Counted from the first letter of the stretch, positions 24,750 through 37,341 are shown. The stretch is 64,000 bases of DNA from Azolla caroliniana (GCA_043228905.1 JBHGNT010000110.1:1-64000); one strand, 5' to 3'. Program-made: numbers and translations. The notes: generated from the sequence alone by a model not told the origin.

Positions 24750-27700
24750 TGTTAAGCGGCAAGCTCAACCAAAGCCGGATCGGCTGAATAAGCCGGAGCC
24801 GGTAAGCGAGACGGATCGGGCGAAACGGATCGGTATGACGGTGAGCAACCGAACCGGCAAGCAGAGGAGGCCGGGTGCAATCCGTAACCGGCAGTCCAAT
24901 CGGAAGCCTAGAATAGGATAGACTACTAGGTATCTATAGTCTCGTAGTAAGTGTTAGATGCTCGTGTGAGCATTGAAGTACATGGTACTTCTGTCAGTCC
25001 CAAGAGGACTTGTATAAATAGTGCTACTTAGCACAGTGTGTAAACCGAGTCTTGATATCATTTTGAAATTACGTTCTGCTCTCTCTCTCTCTCTCTCTCT
25101 CTCTCTATGTGTTGTTCTCTGTTCTACGCTTCCGCGAACACTCACGTTTACATGGTATCAGAGCGCGAGGGTTGAGAACCTTTGCTGCAGACATTTACTC
25201 TTGAGAAGAAAACCCTAACAGGTTGAAAACAGACACAGTAGAAGACATGGATAGAGGCATGGCTACGTCGCTCCCAGTGGAGAAGCTCGACAGGAGCAAC
25301 TACGCATCCTAGTCTTACAAGATGCACCAGTACCTGCTTGGACACGGGTACTGGAGTTATGTCGAAGGAGCGAATGATGCGGCGCCCGACTCGGCACACA
25401 AGGACTTCCCGGTATGGGAATAGGCGGCAAGTAGGGTGATGTACTGCTTCGTGTCCAGCATCGGCGATCAGCTACTCAGCCACACCGAAGGATGCTTGGG
25501 GGAACCTGAAAAAGTCTTCGACATACTTGGATCTACCTCATTGAGCGGAAGAGCGAAGTCTTCGACTGTTTCCGGAGCCTCCAGAAGATGGTGGAACGGG
25601 AATCGGAGAGGAAGATCAAATGCCTTCGGTCGGATGGCGGAAAGGAATATTTTTCCGGCCAATTCACTAGTTATCTGCAGCAGAAGGGAATTCGGCGAGA
25701 GTTCAGCTGCAGATACACACCGGAGCAAAACGGTGTGGCCGAAAGGAAGAAGCGGCAAGGGCAATGCTGGAGGAGAAGAGCATGCCCCGGTTCTATTGGG
25801 CGAAGGCGGTCCAGATGGCCGTCTACATACAAAACCACATTGGTGACAAGGTGTCAGCTCATGAGCTGTATTTCGAGCGCAAGCCGAACTTAAGACACCT
25901 TCGGATATTCGGCAGCATAGCGTATGTGCATGTACCGGATCAGAAGCGGAGAAAGTTGGATGCAAAATCGGAAAAATGCATCCTAGTCGACTATGCTCAA
26001 GATCAAAAGGGGTATAAGTGCTATAACCCCCGGACGAAGGAAGTCCGAGTTAGCCGGGATGTCGAGTTCGATGAATCGGCATCTTGGTACTCCATACCGA
26101 CTCCGACTTCCGCTCCCGACCCAATGCCGGAAGCTCAGGCCAGTGAGCCTGAATCAGCCCTGTCAGAGGATGGTGAAGCCGGGACTCAAGATGAGAGTCC
26201 GGAATCGTTTCGGTTGAGTGGACCGAACGAGCGACTGAGTCGGTTGGACCAGTCGAATGAAGAGACGACAAGTGGTGGAGACTCTGCCGTGCTCTCCCCG
26301 CGCAAGGAACCAAGGAAACGGTTCACGCGCAAAGAGAAGGGGAAGAGGAAGATGCCGGAATTCGAAACCAGCAACGATGAGTCAGATCGGTGCATATCCG
26401 ACTCCGGAAAGGAGAAAGGCAGATCTTCGGCAACGAAGACCGAACTGGCCAAGGGCCTCAAATCAGGTGACGGTGCGTTGCGCCGATCAACCCGCCAGAA
26501 GGATCCCGTCATACGGTACGGGTACAATGAATACATGGCGCATCATTATGCGTACATGACTAAGGTGACAGAAGTGCGTGAGCCGGAGAGTTACGCAGAA
26601 GCGGCAAAAGACGCAAATTGGCGTGCTGCTATGGATGAAGAAATGCGGGCACTCGATGCCAACGAAACCTGGAACCTAGTTGATCCTCCCCGTCACTGTA
26701 AACCGATCGGATGCAAGTGGGTGTACAAGGTCAAGTACAACGCCGACGGTTCTGTTAACCGGTACAAAGCCCGGTTAGTGGCGAAGGGATACGCGCAGAC
26801 CCACGGAATCAACTACGACGAGACCTTCGCTCCATTGGCGAAGATGACGACGGTTCGTGTGGTACTGGCGGTTGCTGCGGCAAGGGGGTGGCATCTTCAC
26901 CAGATGGATGTGAAGAACACCTTCCTTCAAGGAGAGCTTGAAGAAGAAGTCTTTATGACTCAGCCCCCCGGATTTCACTCGGAGATGAACAAGTCGGCGG
27001 TATGCCGGCTGAAGAAGTCGCTTTACGGCTTGAAGCAAACCCCCCGAGCTTGGAACGCGAAGATCACGCACCGGTTGCGTAAGCTGGGGTTTGTTTTCTC
27101 TAAGTCGGACTCTTCGTTATTCATTCGGCAAGGCTCTGACGGTCCGGTATGTATACTCTTGTATGTGGATGATTTAGTCATCACCGTACCGGGTCTTCCC
27201 GAAATCAACTGCGTCAAGTCCCAGTTGTCGGATGCATTCGAAATGAAGGACCTGGGGGACCTTCATTATTTTCTTGGAATCGAAGTGATCCGGACCCCCG
27301 ACGGCATATTGCTCTCACAACGACATTACGTGTTGAATATGCTATATAAGTTCGGCATGACGGATTGCCGACCTGTCTCCACACCCCTGGACCGGAACCA
27401 GAAGCTCCGTCCCAACTCTGGACCGGCCTGCAATGAGAAACGGTTCCGACAGGTTGTCGGAAGCCTGATCTACTTAACCATCACCCAACCCGACATCAGC
27501 TATCCGGTCGGCATGGTAAGTCAGTTCATGCAGAAGCCGACCGTGGAGGACCTTCAGTGCGCGCAACGAATATTATGGTATGTCAGCGGCACTAAAGACC
27601 GGGGTCTGCTATACCGGCGAGGTATACCCGAAGAGCTTGTCGGTTACACAGATGCTGACTGGACCGGCGATGCGTCTGATCGCCGCTCCACTTCCGGATA

Positions 27701-28986
27701 CATGTTCTCCATAGGTAGCACGGCCGTTGCGTGGAGCAGCAAGAAGCAGCCCACAGTGTCTTTGTCAAGCACTGAGGCTGAGTACCGGGCCGCTACCGTT
27801 GTCACTTGTGAAGCCATCTGGCTTCGGCGACTGCTGCGAGACTTGCGGATCGAGGTGCCGACCCCGATCCCGATTTACTACGATAACATGAGCAGCTTGC
27901 AGCTCGCCAAGAACCCTGTGTTCCATGCTCGCACAAAGCACATCGAGGTGCACTACCACTTCGTGCGTGAGCGGGTCCTGAGCGGTGAAGTTGACCTACG
28001 GTATGTTCATACGGATCGGCAAGTTGCCGAAATCGTCACCAAACCGCTCGGATCGGACAAGTTGCAGCACTTTACCGACATGCTTGGTATTCAGCATCTC
28101 GACGTGCCGCACTTGAGGGGGAGAAGCAAGGGCAAAGTCTCTACCGGTACTGACCATGAGGCGGAGTCGAATGAAGAATCCGATTTCGGTTCACCGGCTG
28201 AAGAAGCCGAGGGAAGCATGGAGAAGGCCAAGACTCGGAAGTGGTCCGATGTGGTGAGAGGCCTGAAGCCGGAAGTCGAATCGGAGTGTACCGATTCGGA
28301 CAAGAGTTGGAACGAGTCGGAGACAGCTGACTCGGATCAACAGATGGATCCGGATGAGTCGGATCGACTGAAGGCCAAGGGGACACGGGCACAGTGGAAG
28401 TCGATGCCATCGTGGGAGAACCGACGGATCGGCAAGCGCCGGAGTCACAACAACGTGAGTGCTGAGATGGGCCTATTGAGCAGACATGCCGACCGAGAGG
28501 GTCGAGGCGCGTAGAACCAAAGGGGTCGCGGCAAACGGGACCGGACCGGAGGAGGAGCGCGAGCAAGGCGGAGTGACGCCAGGAGGAGTCGGTTGAAAGA
28601 ACCAACTGCCACAGAGGTCGACACTACGACCCCACCTCAGGTTGAGCTTGAGGGGGAGTGTTGAGCGGCAAGCTCAACCAGAGCCGGATCGGCTGAATAA
28701 GCCGGAGCCGGTAAGCGAGACGGATCGGGCGAAACGGATCGGTATGATGGTGAGCAACCGAACCGGCAAGCAGTGGAGGCCGGGTGCAATCCGTAACCGG
28801 CAGTCCAATCGGAAGCCTAGAATAGGATAGACTACTAGGTATCTATAGTCTCGTAGTAAGTGTCAGATGCTCGTGTGAGCATTGAAGTACATGGTACTTC
28901 TGTCAGTCCCAAGAGGACTTGTATAAATAGTGCTACTTAGCACAGTGTGTAAACAGAATCTTGATATAATTTTGAAATTATGTTCT

Positions 28987-29034
<48 letters not shown>

Positions 29035-29073
29035 GTTCTCTGTTCTATGCTTCCGCGAACACTCACATTTACA
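24750..29073 (+). mobile_element. Ty1/copia retrotransposon with internal deletion of most of gag and protease
   Basis: LTRs 24750-25152 and 28659-29073 (differ in (CT)n length), TSD GAGAC, PBS at 25153 and PPT ~28648-28658. gag jumps to integrase near 25520. Confidence 0.95.
25764..28514 (+). CDS. Copia pol (integrase C-part, RT, RNase H, acidic extension), 916 aa open frame
   Basis: RT motifs QMDVKN.FL and YVDD; RNase H motifs GYTDADW, SSTEAEY and KHIEVHYHFVRE. Confidence 0.88.
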   Translation: MLEEKSMPRFYWAKAVQMAVYIQNHIGDKVSAHELYFERKPNLRHLRIFGSIAYVHVPDQKRRKLDAKSEKCILVDYAQDQKGYKCYNPRTKEVRVSRDVEFDESASWYSIPTPTSAPDPMPEAQASEPESALSEDGEAGTQDESPESFRLSGPNERLSRLDQSNEETTSGGDSAVLSPRKEPRKRFTRKEKGKRKMPEFETSNDESDRCISDSGKEKGRSSATKTELAKGLKSGDGALRRSTRQKDPVIRYGYNEYMAHHYAYMTKVTEVREPESYAEAAKDANWRAAMDEEMRALDANETWNLVDPPRHCKPIGCKWVYKVKYNADGSVNRYKARLVAKGYAQTHGINYDETFAPLAKMTTVRVVLAVAAARGWHLHQMDVKNTFLQGELEEEVFMTQPPGFHSEMNKSAVCRLKKSLYGLKQTPRAWNAKITHRLRKLGFVFSKSDSSLFIRQGSDGPVCILLYVDDLVITVPGLPEINCVKSQLSDAFEMKDLGDLHYFLGIEVIRTPDGILLSQRHYVLNMLYKFGMTDCRPVSTPLDRNQKLRPNSGPACNEKRFRQVVGSLIYLTITQPDISYPVGMVSQFMQKPTVEDLQCAQRILWYVSGTKDRGLLYRRGIPEELVGYTDADWTGDASDRRSTSGYMFSIGSTAVAWSSKKQPTVSLSSTEAEYRAATVVTCEAIWLRRLLRDLRIEVPTPIPIYYDNMSSLQLAKNPVFHARTKHIEVHYHFVRERVLSGEVDLRYVHTDRQVAEIVTKPLGSDKLQHFTDMLGIQHLDVPHLRGRSKGKVSTGTDHEAESNEESDFGSPAEEAEGSMEKAKTRKWSDVVRGLKPEVESECTDSDKSWNESETADSDQQMDPDESDRLKAKGTRAQWKSMPSWENRRIGKRRSHNNVSAEMGLLSRHADREGRGA

Positions 29074-32012
29074 GAGACCAAGGTGTTGGATAACGGTTAG
29101 GCATATGCGCGCGTTAAGAGTCAAGACGGACGACACTCCGTCCAGTTTTTGACAGTGCGACCGAACCACAAGCGCAACCGTCCAGTTTCCTGATTTTTAA
29201 AAAGGGTTATCAAGGCGTGGGGCCGCGATAGTCCGGACACCCCGGTGGATCCCCACACGTGTACCATAGGTAGGAAATTTTGGTTCTCAGATAACGGAGG
29301 TTGTACGATAACCGGCATCAGCGGCCGAGAAAGGAAGCGGGCAGAGGAGAGCCTCAGGGCGTACGGAGCCCTCAGCCCTGACGAAGAGATTGGCGGCAAC
29401 GTGGAGGCGGTCTCTTTCAACGACACCCTAGGAGAGATAGGGAAGGTGGTCGAAGAAGGCCTCACCGAAGACCGGGTGATTCCGGTTGGTTCCGTGGAGA
29501 TGAACGAAGTCATTGCCGACTTAGGGATGAAGGCCGAGTCGGATCAGACGGCCTGCGTAGACACGAGGTACAAGACTATGGACTGGAAGGTGAGGCCAGT
29601 TGCGGCTCCCTTGCCGGAGGGAAGCAAGGAACGGATGAAGGGGGTCGTGTTGGACCCAACGTTGCAGAATTCGGCCGACATAGGGCATCGGTTCACCGAG
29701 ACAATGTTACGGGAGCTCAAGATCGGTGGGGGTGGCTTTCTGCAGTCGAAGGAGGAGGACCAGTTTCAAAGGATGCTTGGGAGGCATGGGAAGCCCTTCG
29801 CATTCTCACCAGAGGAGATCGGGTGTGCGGACCCAATGGTCGTGGAACCAATGGTTATCTTCACAGTACCGCATGTGTCGTGGAACCTCAAGTCGATTCC
29901 AGTACCCAAAGCTCACATCCCAAAGTTGATGGAACTACTAAAGCAAAAGGTGGAGATGGGCATCCTCGAGCCATCGAGTGCACCATATTCAAGTCGGTGG
30001 TTTACCATGCCAAAGAAGAAAGGCACGTTGCGCTTCATTCAGGACTTGTAGCCAGTCAACAGGGTGACCATTCAGAACGCAGGAATCGAACCAACCATTG
30101 ACGAGTTCCCAGAAGCCTTCGCCGGAAGGTCGATCTATTCGATCGGTGATCTGTACTCAGGGTATGACCAATTCGAACTAGCCGTGGAGAGTAGAGACAT
30201 CATGACGATGCGGACTGCTCTCGGCCTAGTGCGGATGTGTACCCTGTCGCAAGGAGGGACCAACTCGGTGGCACACATGGTGAACGTGATGAACAAGGTG
30301 TTGAGGGACTGCATCCCAGACATCAGCATGTCGTTTCTGGATGACATCCCGATTAAAGGTTGTCCGGTGGAAGATAAGGATGAATCGGTTCGGCCGGACG
30401 GATGTTGGAGATTCGTTGTGAACCACATCGGCAATTGCGAGAAGGTGCTATAGAAACTTGAGAGAGCGCAGCTCACCTTCTCTGGAGAGAAATCGGCTTT
30501 TGGGCAGTCGGAGATCCTAGTGGTCGGACACTTGTGCGGGCCTTACGGTCAGAAACCATCTCCGGCAAAGGTAGAAGCCATCTCCGTAATGAAGGAAGAA
30601 TGTAAGTCGGTTATGGAGGTGCGGAAGTTCTTGGGTGCATGTGTGTTCTACCACATTTGGATCCCGCACTACGCACACATCGCAGAGCCACTCTACGGGT
30701 TGCTAAAGAAAGGGCGTAAGTTCAGATGGGACGAGGAACATACGGAGTCAGTCCGGAGATTGAAAGAAGCGCTTACCGCGGCACCGGCACTCCAAAAAGC
30801 GGTTTATGGCAAGGAGGTCCCGATCTATGTAACCGTAGACATGAGCCCGACTGGGATCGGATGGGTGATCAATCAGGAGGACGAGAGCGGCACCAGGATC
30901 CCCATCCGGTTCAGAGAGAAGGTACTGAGTGAGCGACAGCGAGGATACGCCCAAATTAAACGCGAACTCTGGGGTATTGTTTTGGTGGTCAAGGCCAACA
31001 AAGACTATTTGATCAGGACGGAGGTAGTAATTGAGATGGACTGCCTACCGATCCTTGGTATGGTTTCGAGATGCGCGATGCTAGACCTGGCAATGCTCAT
31101 GTGGATCGTGTACATTAAATCCCTGAACCCAGAGATACGACACATATTCGGAAAGGACAACACATGGCCAATATGCTTTTGAGGGCGCGGTTTACCGACG
31201 AGGACGGCATGGTTTCGGAAGACGAAGAAGTTGGCGTAGACTGCTTCGAGTTGGCTCGCATTGCGGTGAGGGAGGGGCGCACTCTGGCACTTAACGCATT
31301 AGACGAGGACGAGGACGAGTACGACGGGGAGTGGCTCCAAATCGGCAGGTTCTTGAGGACGTTGACGCCAAACGCAGCATGGACAAGGGATGAGCCGATC
31401 CGGATCCGGAAGAAGGCGTACCGATTCTTGCTATGAGACAAGCACATATGGAAGCACCCAAAGGCGAGGCAGTGTTCCACTTCGTGTGGTGGCAAGGGAG
31501 GAAGAGCAGAGGGGCTTGTTGTCAGCGTATCACGAGAGCCCTTGGGCCGGACACCGCGGGACATGGACCACATTTGAGAAGCTAAAGGAGAAGTATTGGT
31601 GGCCGGGGATGTACCGGGACGTGCATCAATTAACACGTTCGCGTTCACAAGTGGAAGGATTGCGCATTCCACTTGTAGAATCTTCTTAAAACGAAGAAAA
31701 TACACCCTCTCTACAATAATTGGATGCACTAGTATCACATGTTCCTCAACTTGATAAGAATTTGCAAATATAAAAATACATGATAGATCTACGAGTGGAG
31801 ATCATTAGAAATCATGCAAGTTTAGACATGTTGATAAGTTAATGTATCTAAATAAAGTTCAACTATGGCTCAATATGGCACTATTGTGCGACAAGGGAAA
31901 CACTAACTTAAAGACTTATATTAATTAGGTAGGTTTTACAAAAATATGAGGTGTACTTGTATCCATACTAATAAAATGAGATATAATTTATACTTTGACC
32001 CATACGTGCATG

Positions 32013-32286
32013 TATGTAATTGTCGAAAATGTAGGATAGTGCACATTAGGATAAGTGATTGGAATAACTAACTTATTAAAGTATTCAATACTTATATTAA
32101 AAGTTGATCTAATCTATTCCTCAGTTTGTTCATATGGGATCAAACCATATGTGTATATAATTGTGCACAATGTAAGGCAGTGAACTTTAGGATAATGTCG
32201 TGGAAATAACAAACCTATTAGGCTTTCATACCTGTATTTAAAATTGATCTACTCTATTGCTTAGGTGATTCACACAAGATCAAACT
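32013..32286. repeat. Degenerate direct tandem duplication (~140-bp period) downstream of the methyltransferase gene
   Basis: Blocks TAATTGT...AATGTA.G..AGTG..C.TTAGGATAA...TTGATCTA.TCTATT...GATCAAAC occur at ~32013-32146 and ~32154-32286. Confidence 0.6.
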
Positions 32287-32678
32287 CCGAACGATAACGC
32301 AACTGGAACCATTATCAACACACTACACAATCTAAGCAGCAATGGAATAGAAACATAATAGTTTTAACAATATAAGACAAAGATCCATAATAACAACATG
32401 GACAGTCATGGCAATAATTATAGGGCCATGTTCTGTTAAGGTTAGCTTGGACCAAAATCAGCCTCCATTTAAGCTAGTTCATGTTTCTCCATAAGTTTGG
32501 TAGTCAGTTATGCACGCGGTGAAACCAATATCATAAATCTACTAATCAAGTATATAAAAATAAAATTGAAACATATAGATGATTATAAAGAATAGAATCC
32601 ACTAGGTAAAACCCAAAATCTGTATTAATAATGTGAAATCTTAACAAATCGTCAGTGTCATATTCTTTATAGAGTCTA

Positions 32679-35600
32679 TTACATAGCAATCAATTCATCA
32701 ACGTCATTTTCTTCATCATCTTGTGTAGAACTGTCTTCGGCTATACGTGCATTGGTTTCCCCTGTTAGCCGAGCCAACGAAATATCTTCTATAAGCTCAT
32801 CATCAAGCTCTATTAGCTCCCCCGGTTCGCCGGCTAACGGAGGAATAGGCTCTCGCGAAGCAGGTTGAAACCTTTCTGTATTGGCGAGGTTCTTTGCACC
32901 GACCTCCTCATCCTGGTCTGGGCACTCCCACAAAGCCTTAATCCGCATATTAATAAATATAACTTGGTCCTCGTCCTTCTCCAATGCAACTGTATTTCTA
33001 AACAGCTTCAATGCACATGCTGACGTAGTTCCTATGATGTAAGTAACAAGAAGATTTAGTTGTCAAACGAAAAAAAGTGATTGGTTATCTCAAGATCGTT
33101 ACCCTAGTTCGAGGAATACCTGTGCCAGAAAAGAGATCTAATATCCAGTCTCCTTCGACAGAAAACATCTCGATCAAGCGCATCATAAGTCGTTGAGGTT
33201 TTTGGTATGGGTTGACAAGTCCCCGTTCTGTCGTGGTGACATGTCGCAATTTCCGAGTCACTGCTGGATATACCAACAGATTTGAACCTCCCACTTCATT
33301 AGAATGCTCTTTGATTCTCTGTTTTTTAATTTCATCGAAGTAGCCAACCGTTATGTATTCAATGGCATTAACGAACCGAAAAGTTGGCCCTCTATTTACA
33401 TTGGTCTTGATCCTATAAAAAATAATTCATCGAGTTAAGAATAGATTCAACAACCTTAAGAATTGCAATATAATGAAAGACACCTATAAATAATCCTTAC
33501 CATGCAAGGTTCTCGATGCCATGGCAACGAGATCTCAAAGCTTGAGCTACCGAGTACCCTTGGTCCATACTATGAAAGACAACTATTCGCCACAAGGATG
33601 CGGTCGTTAGCTCAGCGAAATCCTTGACCATCTTCTCCAATTGTTTAAACCTAAACGGTTCATCGTCGTATGATGACCCAGCCATTCGAAATCCGTAAGG
33701 AATATCCGCAATCATTAGCGTATATTCCTTCTTTGGCACCTTCTGGATCAAGTCGATGACATCACCGCAAACCACATTGTAGTAAAGATCTCTCGTAATA
33801 TCTTTTTTGTGGCTAAATTTTTTAAATGAGCCATCTTCCTCCATTTCGTACGCCTTGACTAAGCGACGATCCTTTTCTTTTCTGGCTCGCTCGAGATGTG
33901 CAAGGAAGGATGTAGGGAAATCGTGTATATCCTTAACTTCTCCTTGTTTCTTGCCTCGACACGGTTTCTAATAGAAGCAATAGGACATCAGGTATTATTA
34001 TACAAGCTCTACATATGATGAAAGGGTAATGAAAAAACATCAATACTAACCCAATCCTTGAATGCAATAAAATACTCTGATAACGCCTTATACGAAGACG
34101 TTAGAGGATAATCCTCGGTCACTTGTTCCCAAGTTATACATCCAAGTTGTTTCATCATTACTTCTTGGATCTTCATGTACACCTTATGACTATAAAATTA
34201 GAAATCAAGATTAGAACTTTGAATTACACCAGATAGACTACAATTTCAGTATTTGAAAGACTTACTTATTGAACTCAGTGACCATTTCTTCAAGGCTTAA
34301 ATCTTTCGCCACAACCCTTGACAAAACCGACACAAGAAGCTGCTCGTCCTTAATACCTTGCATCGCTCTCCATAGAGACAGCTTCATGTCGTCTACCGCT
34401 TCTTCAATTGTCAAGTCAATTTTCTTGGCGGCTTGTGACTTTAATTCTAGTTGAGGGTCAACCCTACATTTCTTTTGTCGTTGACCCTTTACCTCCTTAT
34501 TCTCCCACATTGAGAATATTTGATCTTGGAGGTCCCATACTTCTCCATCTCTAAACGCCAATTGAAACCAAGATTCATACTTTCGAAGACCATCGGACCT
34601 AACATTATCATCTACCACAATGCCGACTTCATGCAGACATTGACGTCGAAGGCCTGGATGTAACTTCACACCAAACTTTTGTTTCACATCTAAATACTCG
34701 TGGTGGAAGAACCGTATACGCTCAATAGACGACATTTTCTGCCTATAGTCATTATCATTATTATGGTCCCATGCCAACAGCTTAGCCTCTTCGGTTGTGA
34801 GCCCAACATAAATTTTGCACTCGGCATACTTGAAGAAGAAAGTGGTTGGATGTTCTCTCACAAGTTGCCGACGTGCCTCTGCTGAATGCGATCCACCAAT
34901 GACAAAATAATTATATTGATCATGCTTTCTGATATCAAAATCTTCAATGGTTTCACATTCTTCAGGATCCACCATAACAATAAAAGGCACCACTGTGGCA
35001 TGAGGATTAATTTTCATTTTTTTCTTGAGATTTTGAACATGCATGCGATGAGGCTCTCTAATCTCAAGTGGTCTTCGACCTGTTTTTTCATCAATAGGGG
35101 GCCGATGGATGTGTGTTATAGGCAAATTAAATACTTGCCCTTTCCTGACCAGCTTCCGTTGCATTAACTCTCTCCTTATTTTATTCTGCTCGGATGACAA
35201 GACACCTGAGGCCAGCTCGGCTCCTGGCGTCCCCTTATTATCCTCTTCTTCATTTTCACTTGTCGAATCCGTATCCGACATTTTCGTTGTCTTCTTCTTG
35301 GGTGGTCTTGACTGGACTTTGGATACCTTTTTTGTGGCCTTCAAGTGGGAGGGCTCTTCATCTCTTAGAGTTACATGGCCTTGTATATAAGGCCTCAAGG
35401 TAACAATCAAGTTTTGTGAGTTATCAAGTGCTTTTTTGAACACTTCAGGCCCACAAGATTCCTTTACTAAAAGGTCTTCTGAAAGGAACACTTTGCGTAC
35501 CCCCTTGGAGCACTCTATCATTACCAGTATGTTGGCCGAATCTGCATCTTCGTAGTCAAATCGTAGAATTCGGCCATACATAAATGGAGTTTCTTTTCCT

Positions 35601-36794
35601 AGCTGCCCCTCACCCTTCTTCTTTGCTGTATACAATACGACTTTTTTCTTTGAGTCGACATATTGCATACACCATTCCTTGTCCGTTAGATCTCGGTCAG
35701 GAAGGTCTTCGCCTCCAGTAGCGGCGACAAGTTTCTTTTGGCTTACATCACTATGTGGCTGAGATTTTGTCACTTCGTTAAAGAGAAGCTTTTTTCCTCT
35801 CTTCATGGTCTCAGGAGTTACCTTGGTCTGGGCTTCGATTGGAGAACCTTGTATGCGAAGCTTAATTTTCTTCACGGGTCGGTCTGACAGGTTCTCAAAC
35901 GACCTATTTAAGAAAGTATATGCAAAAACATAAGTTAGACAGTCACGTAGATTGAAGTTGTTATTATAATGAAGAACAGTTTCCAGGAGCAGTAACATAT
36001 TCAAAAATCTATTATAGGCAGGCCTATTCAACCTAGAAAATATATATCGTAATAAGTAAAACGGGTTATATATTCTTTTAAATAGTAGGTATGACTTATA
36101 TAGATTCTAAACCTATGTTGAGGAGAATTTGCCATAGTGAAGGCAATTTGTAGATCATTTTCTACTATTTTAAGCTAAAGTAGGTCATAAAACACCTATA
36201 ATTAGAGCATGTATTTATTTAAAAGTAAGTAAAGTCAACATAAAAAAGACTGATTTTGCCAGACAATTTGATATCATTTCCACCCCATAAACGATTTTTC
36301 TCTCTCAAAGCCTTCTTATATACAGGGACTCGATACGCCGTATCGAGTTCGTGTTTAAAGTGTAGGTTTTAAACACGAACTCGATACGCCGTATCGAGTT
36401 CGTGATTAAAGTTTGAATTTTAAACACGAACTCGTTACGCCGTATCGAGTTCGTGTTTAAAACCTACACTTTAAACATGAACTCGATACGGCGTATCGAG
36501 TTCATGTATACAATACAAATATTTATACACGAACTCGATACGGCGTATCGAGTTCGTGTTTAAGTCCTACACTTTAACCATGAACTCGATACGGCGTATC
36601 GAGTTCCGGTTTAAAGTGTGGGTTTTAAACACGAACTCGATACGCCGTATCGAGTTCGTGTATAAATATTTGTATTGTATACATGAACTCGATACGCCGT
36701 ATCGAGTTCTTGAGAAACGAAACATATTTACAAAAATGTCCACAGTGTCAGAGGCCTACCTGGAGTCCTCGCGCTCGATTCTCTTGGAAGACAT
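32679..36794 (-). CDS. Six-exon gene (~974 aa): ParB/Srx-like domain, helical region, beta-class N4-cytosine/N6-adenine DNA methyltransferase
   Basis: Exons 36794-36760, 35903-34266, 34189-34051, 33967-33501, 33412-33120 and 33031-32679. All introns are GT-AG (856, 76, 83, 88, 88 nt) with compatible phases, giving 2,925 nt without stops. Motifs: YFVIGGSHSAEARRQL (ParB-like); VVCGDVIDLI...MIADIPYG (motif IV); LAWIKTN; NPYQKPQRLMMRLIEMFSVEGDWILDLFSGTGTTSACALKLFRNTVALEKD (motifs X, I, II). An alternative in-frame acceptor exists at ~36032. Confidence 0.9.
36326..36709. repeat. Eight phased 25-bp palindromes GAACTCGATACG(C/G)CGTATCGAGTTC in intron 1 of the methyltransferase gene
   Basis: Starts at 36326, 36377, 36428, 36479, 36531, 36582, 36633 and 36685 (period 51-52). 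The 26-27-nt spacers fall into a few types, some being reverse complements of each other. Confidence 0.97.
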
Positions 36795-36937
36795 GGTTGA
36801 TCGTGTTAAAGTGGAGGCGGAGATCGCGCTTTCGTGCTTTGTGCTCTGAGTGCTTTGTGTGCTCTGTGTGCTCTCTGCGTTCTGTGTGCTCTGTACGCTC
36901 TGTACGCTCTGGTGAGTGAAATATGATGAGGTCTTCC

Positions 36938-36945
36938 TATTTATA
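36938..36945 (-). promoter_or_regulatory. Putative TATA box of the methyltransferase gene
   Basis: CCCTATAAATAGG on -, ~145 bp upstream of the ATG at 36794, followed by a CAGAGCAC-repeat leader. Confidence 0.55.
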
Positions 36946-37167
36946 GGGATTGAACCCATGGTTAAAGTAAGCACAGTCACCTTAACCAATGTTGGTAACT
37001 TTGAGGATAGTTAGTTTGTAACCATAGTCACATTAACTATAGTAACTTATGATTGTATTAATGATTACAAAGTCAAACTAACATATTGATCAATCTTTTA
37101 TACTCATAACAACCTACAATCACTTCAAAGGTTATGAAGGAGACAATGATAGAGGTTCATGAATGTA

Positions 37168-37341
37168 CCAATGATTGATTACTAAAAGCAACAATTTTTA
37201 TGACTCTCAAATGTTATGTATTAAAGATGTGGGCATGAATTAACCAATGATTGATAAGTCTAATATTTAAAATGGTGAGCATTAAAGAACCAATGAGTGA
37301 GACGTTCTATATCAAAATGGGTGTCATTAATTAGCCAATGA
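37168..37341 (+). promoter_or_regulatory. Cluster of CCAATGA boxes in the divergent intergenic region
   Basis: CCAATGA at 37168, 37244, 37290 and 37335. Confidence 0.4.

Noticed and set aside
34262-36031. 589-aa ORF as a standalone protein
   Set aside because: It starts at a non-ATG codon in probable intron sequence and stops within a GTAAGT donor; it is exon 2 of the spliced gene.
36326-36709. CRISPR array (25-bp palindromic repeats with 26-27-bp spacers)
   Set aside because: Spacers are not unique: they recur and are reverse complements of each other. No cas genes, and the array lies in a spliceosomal intron.
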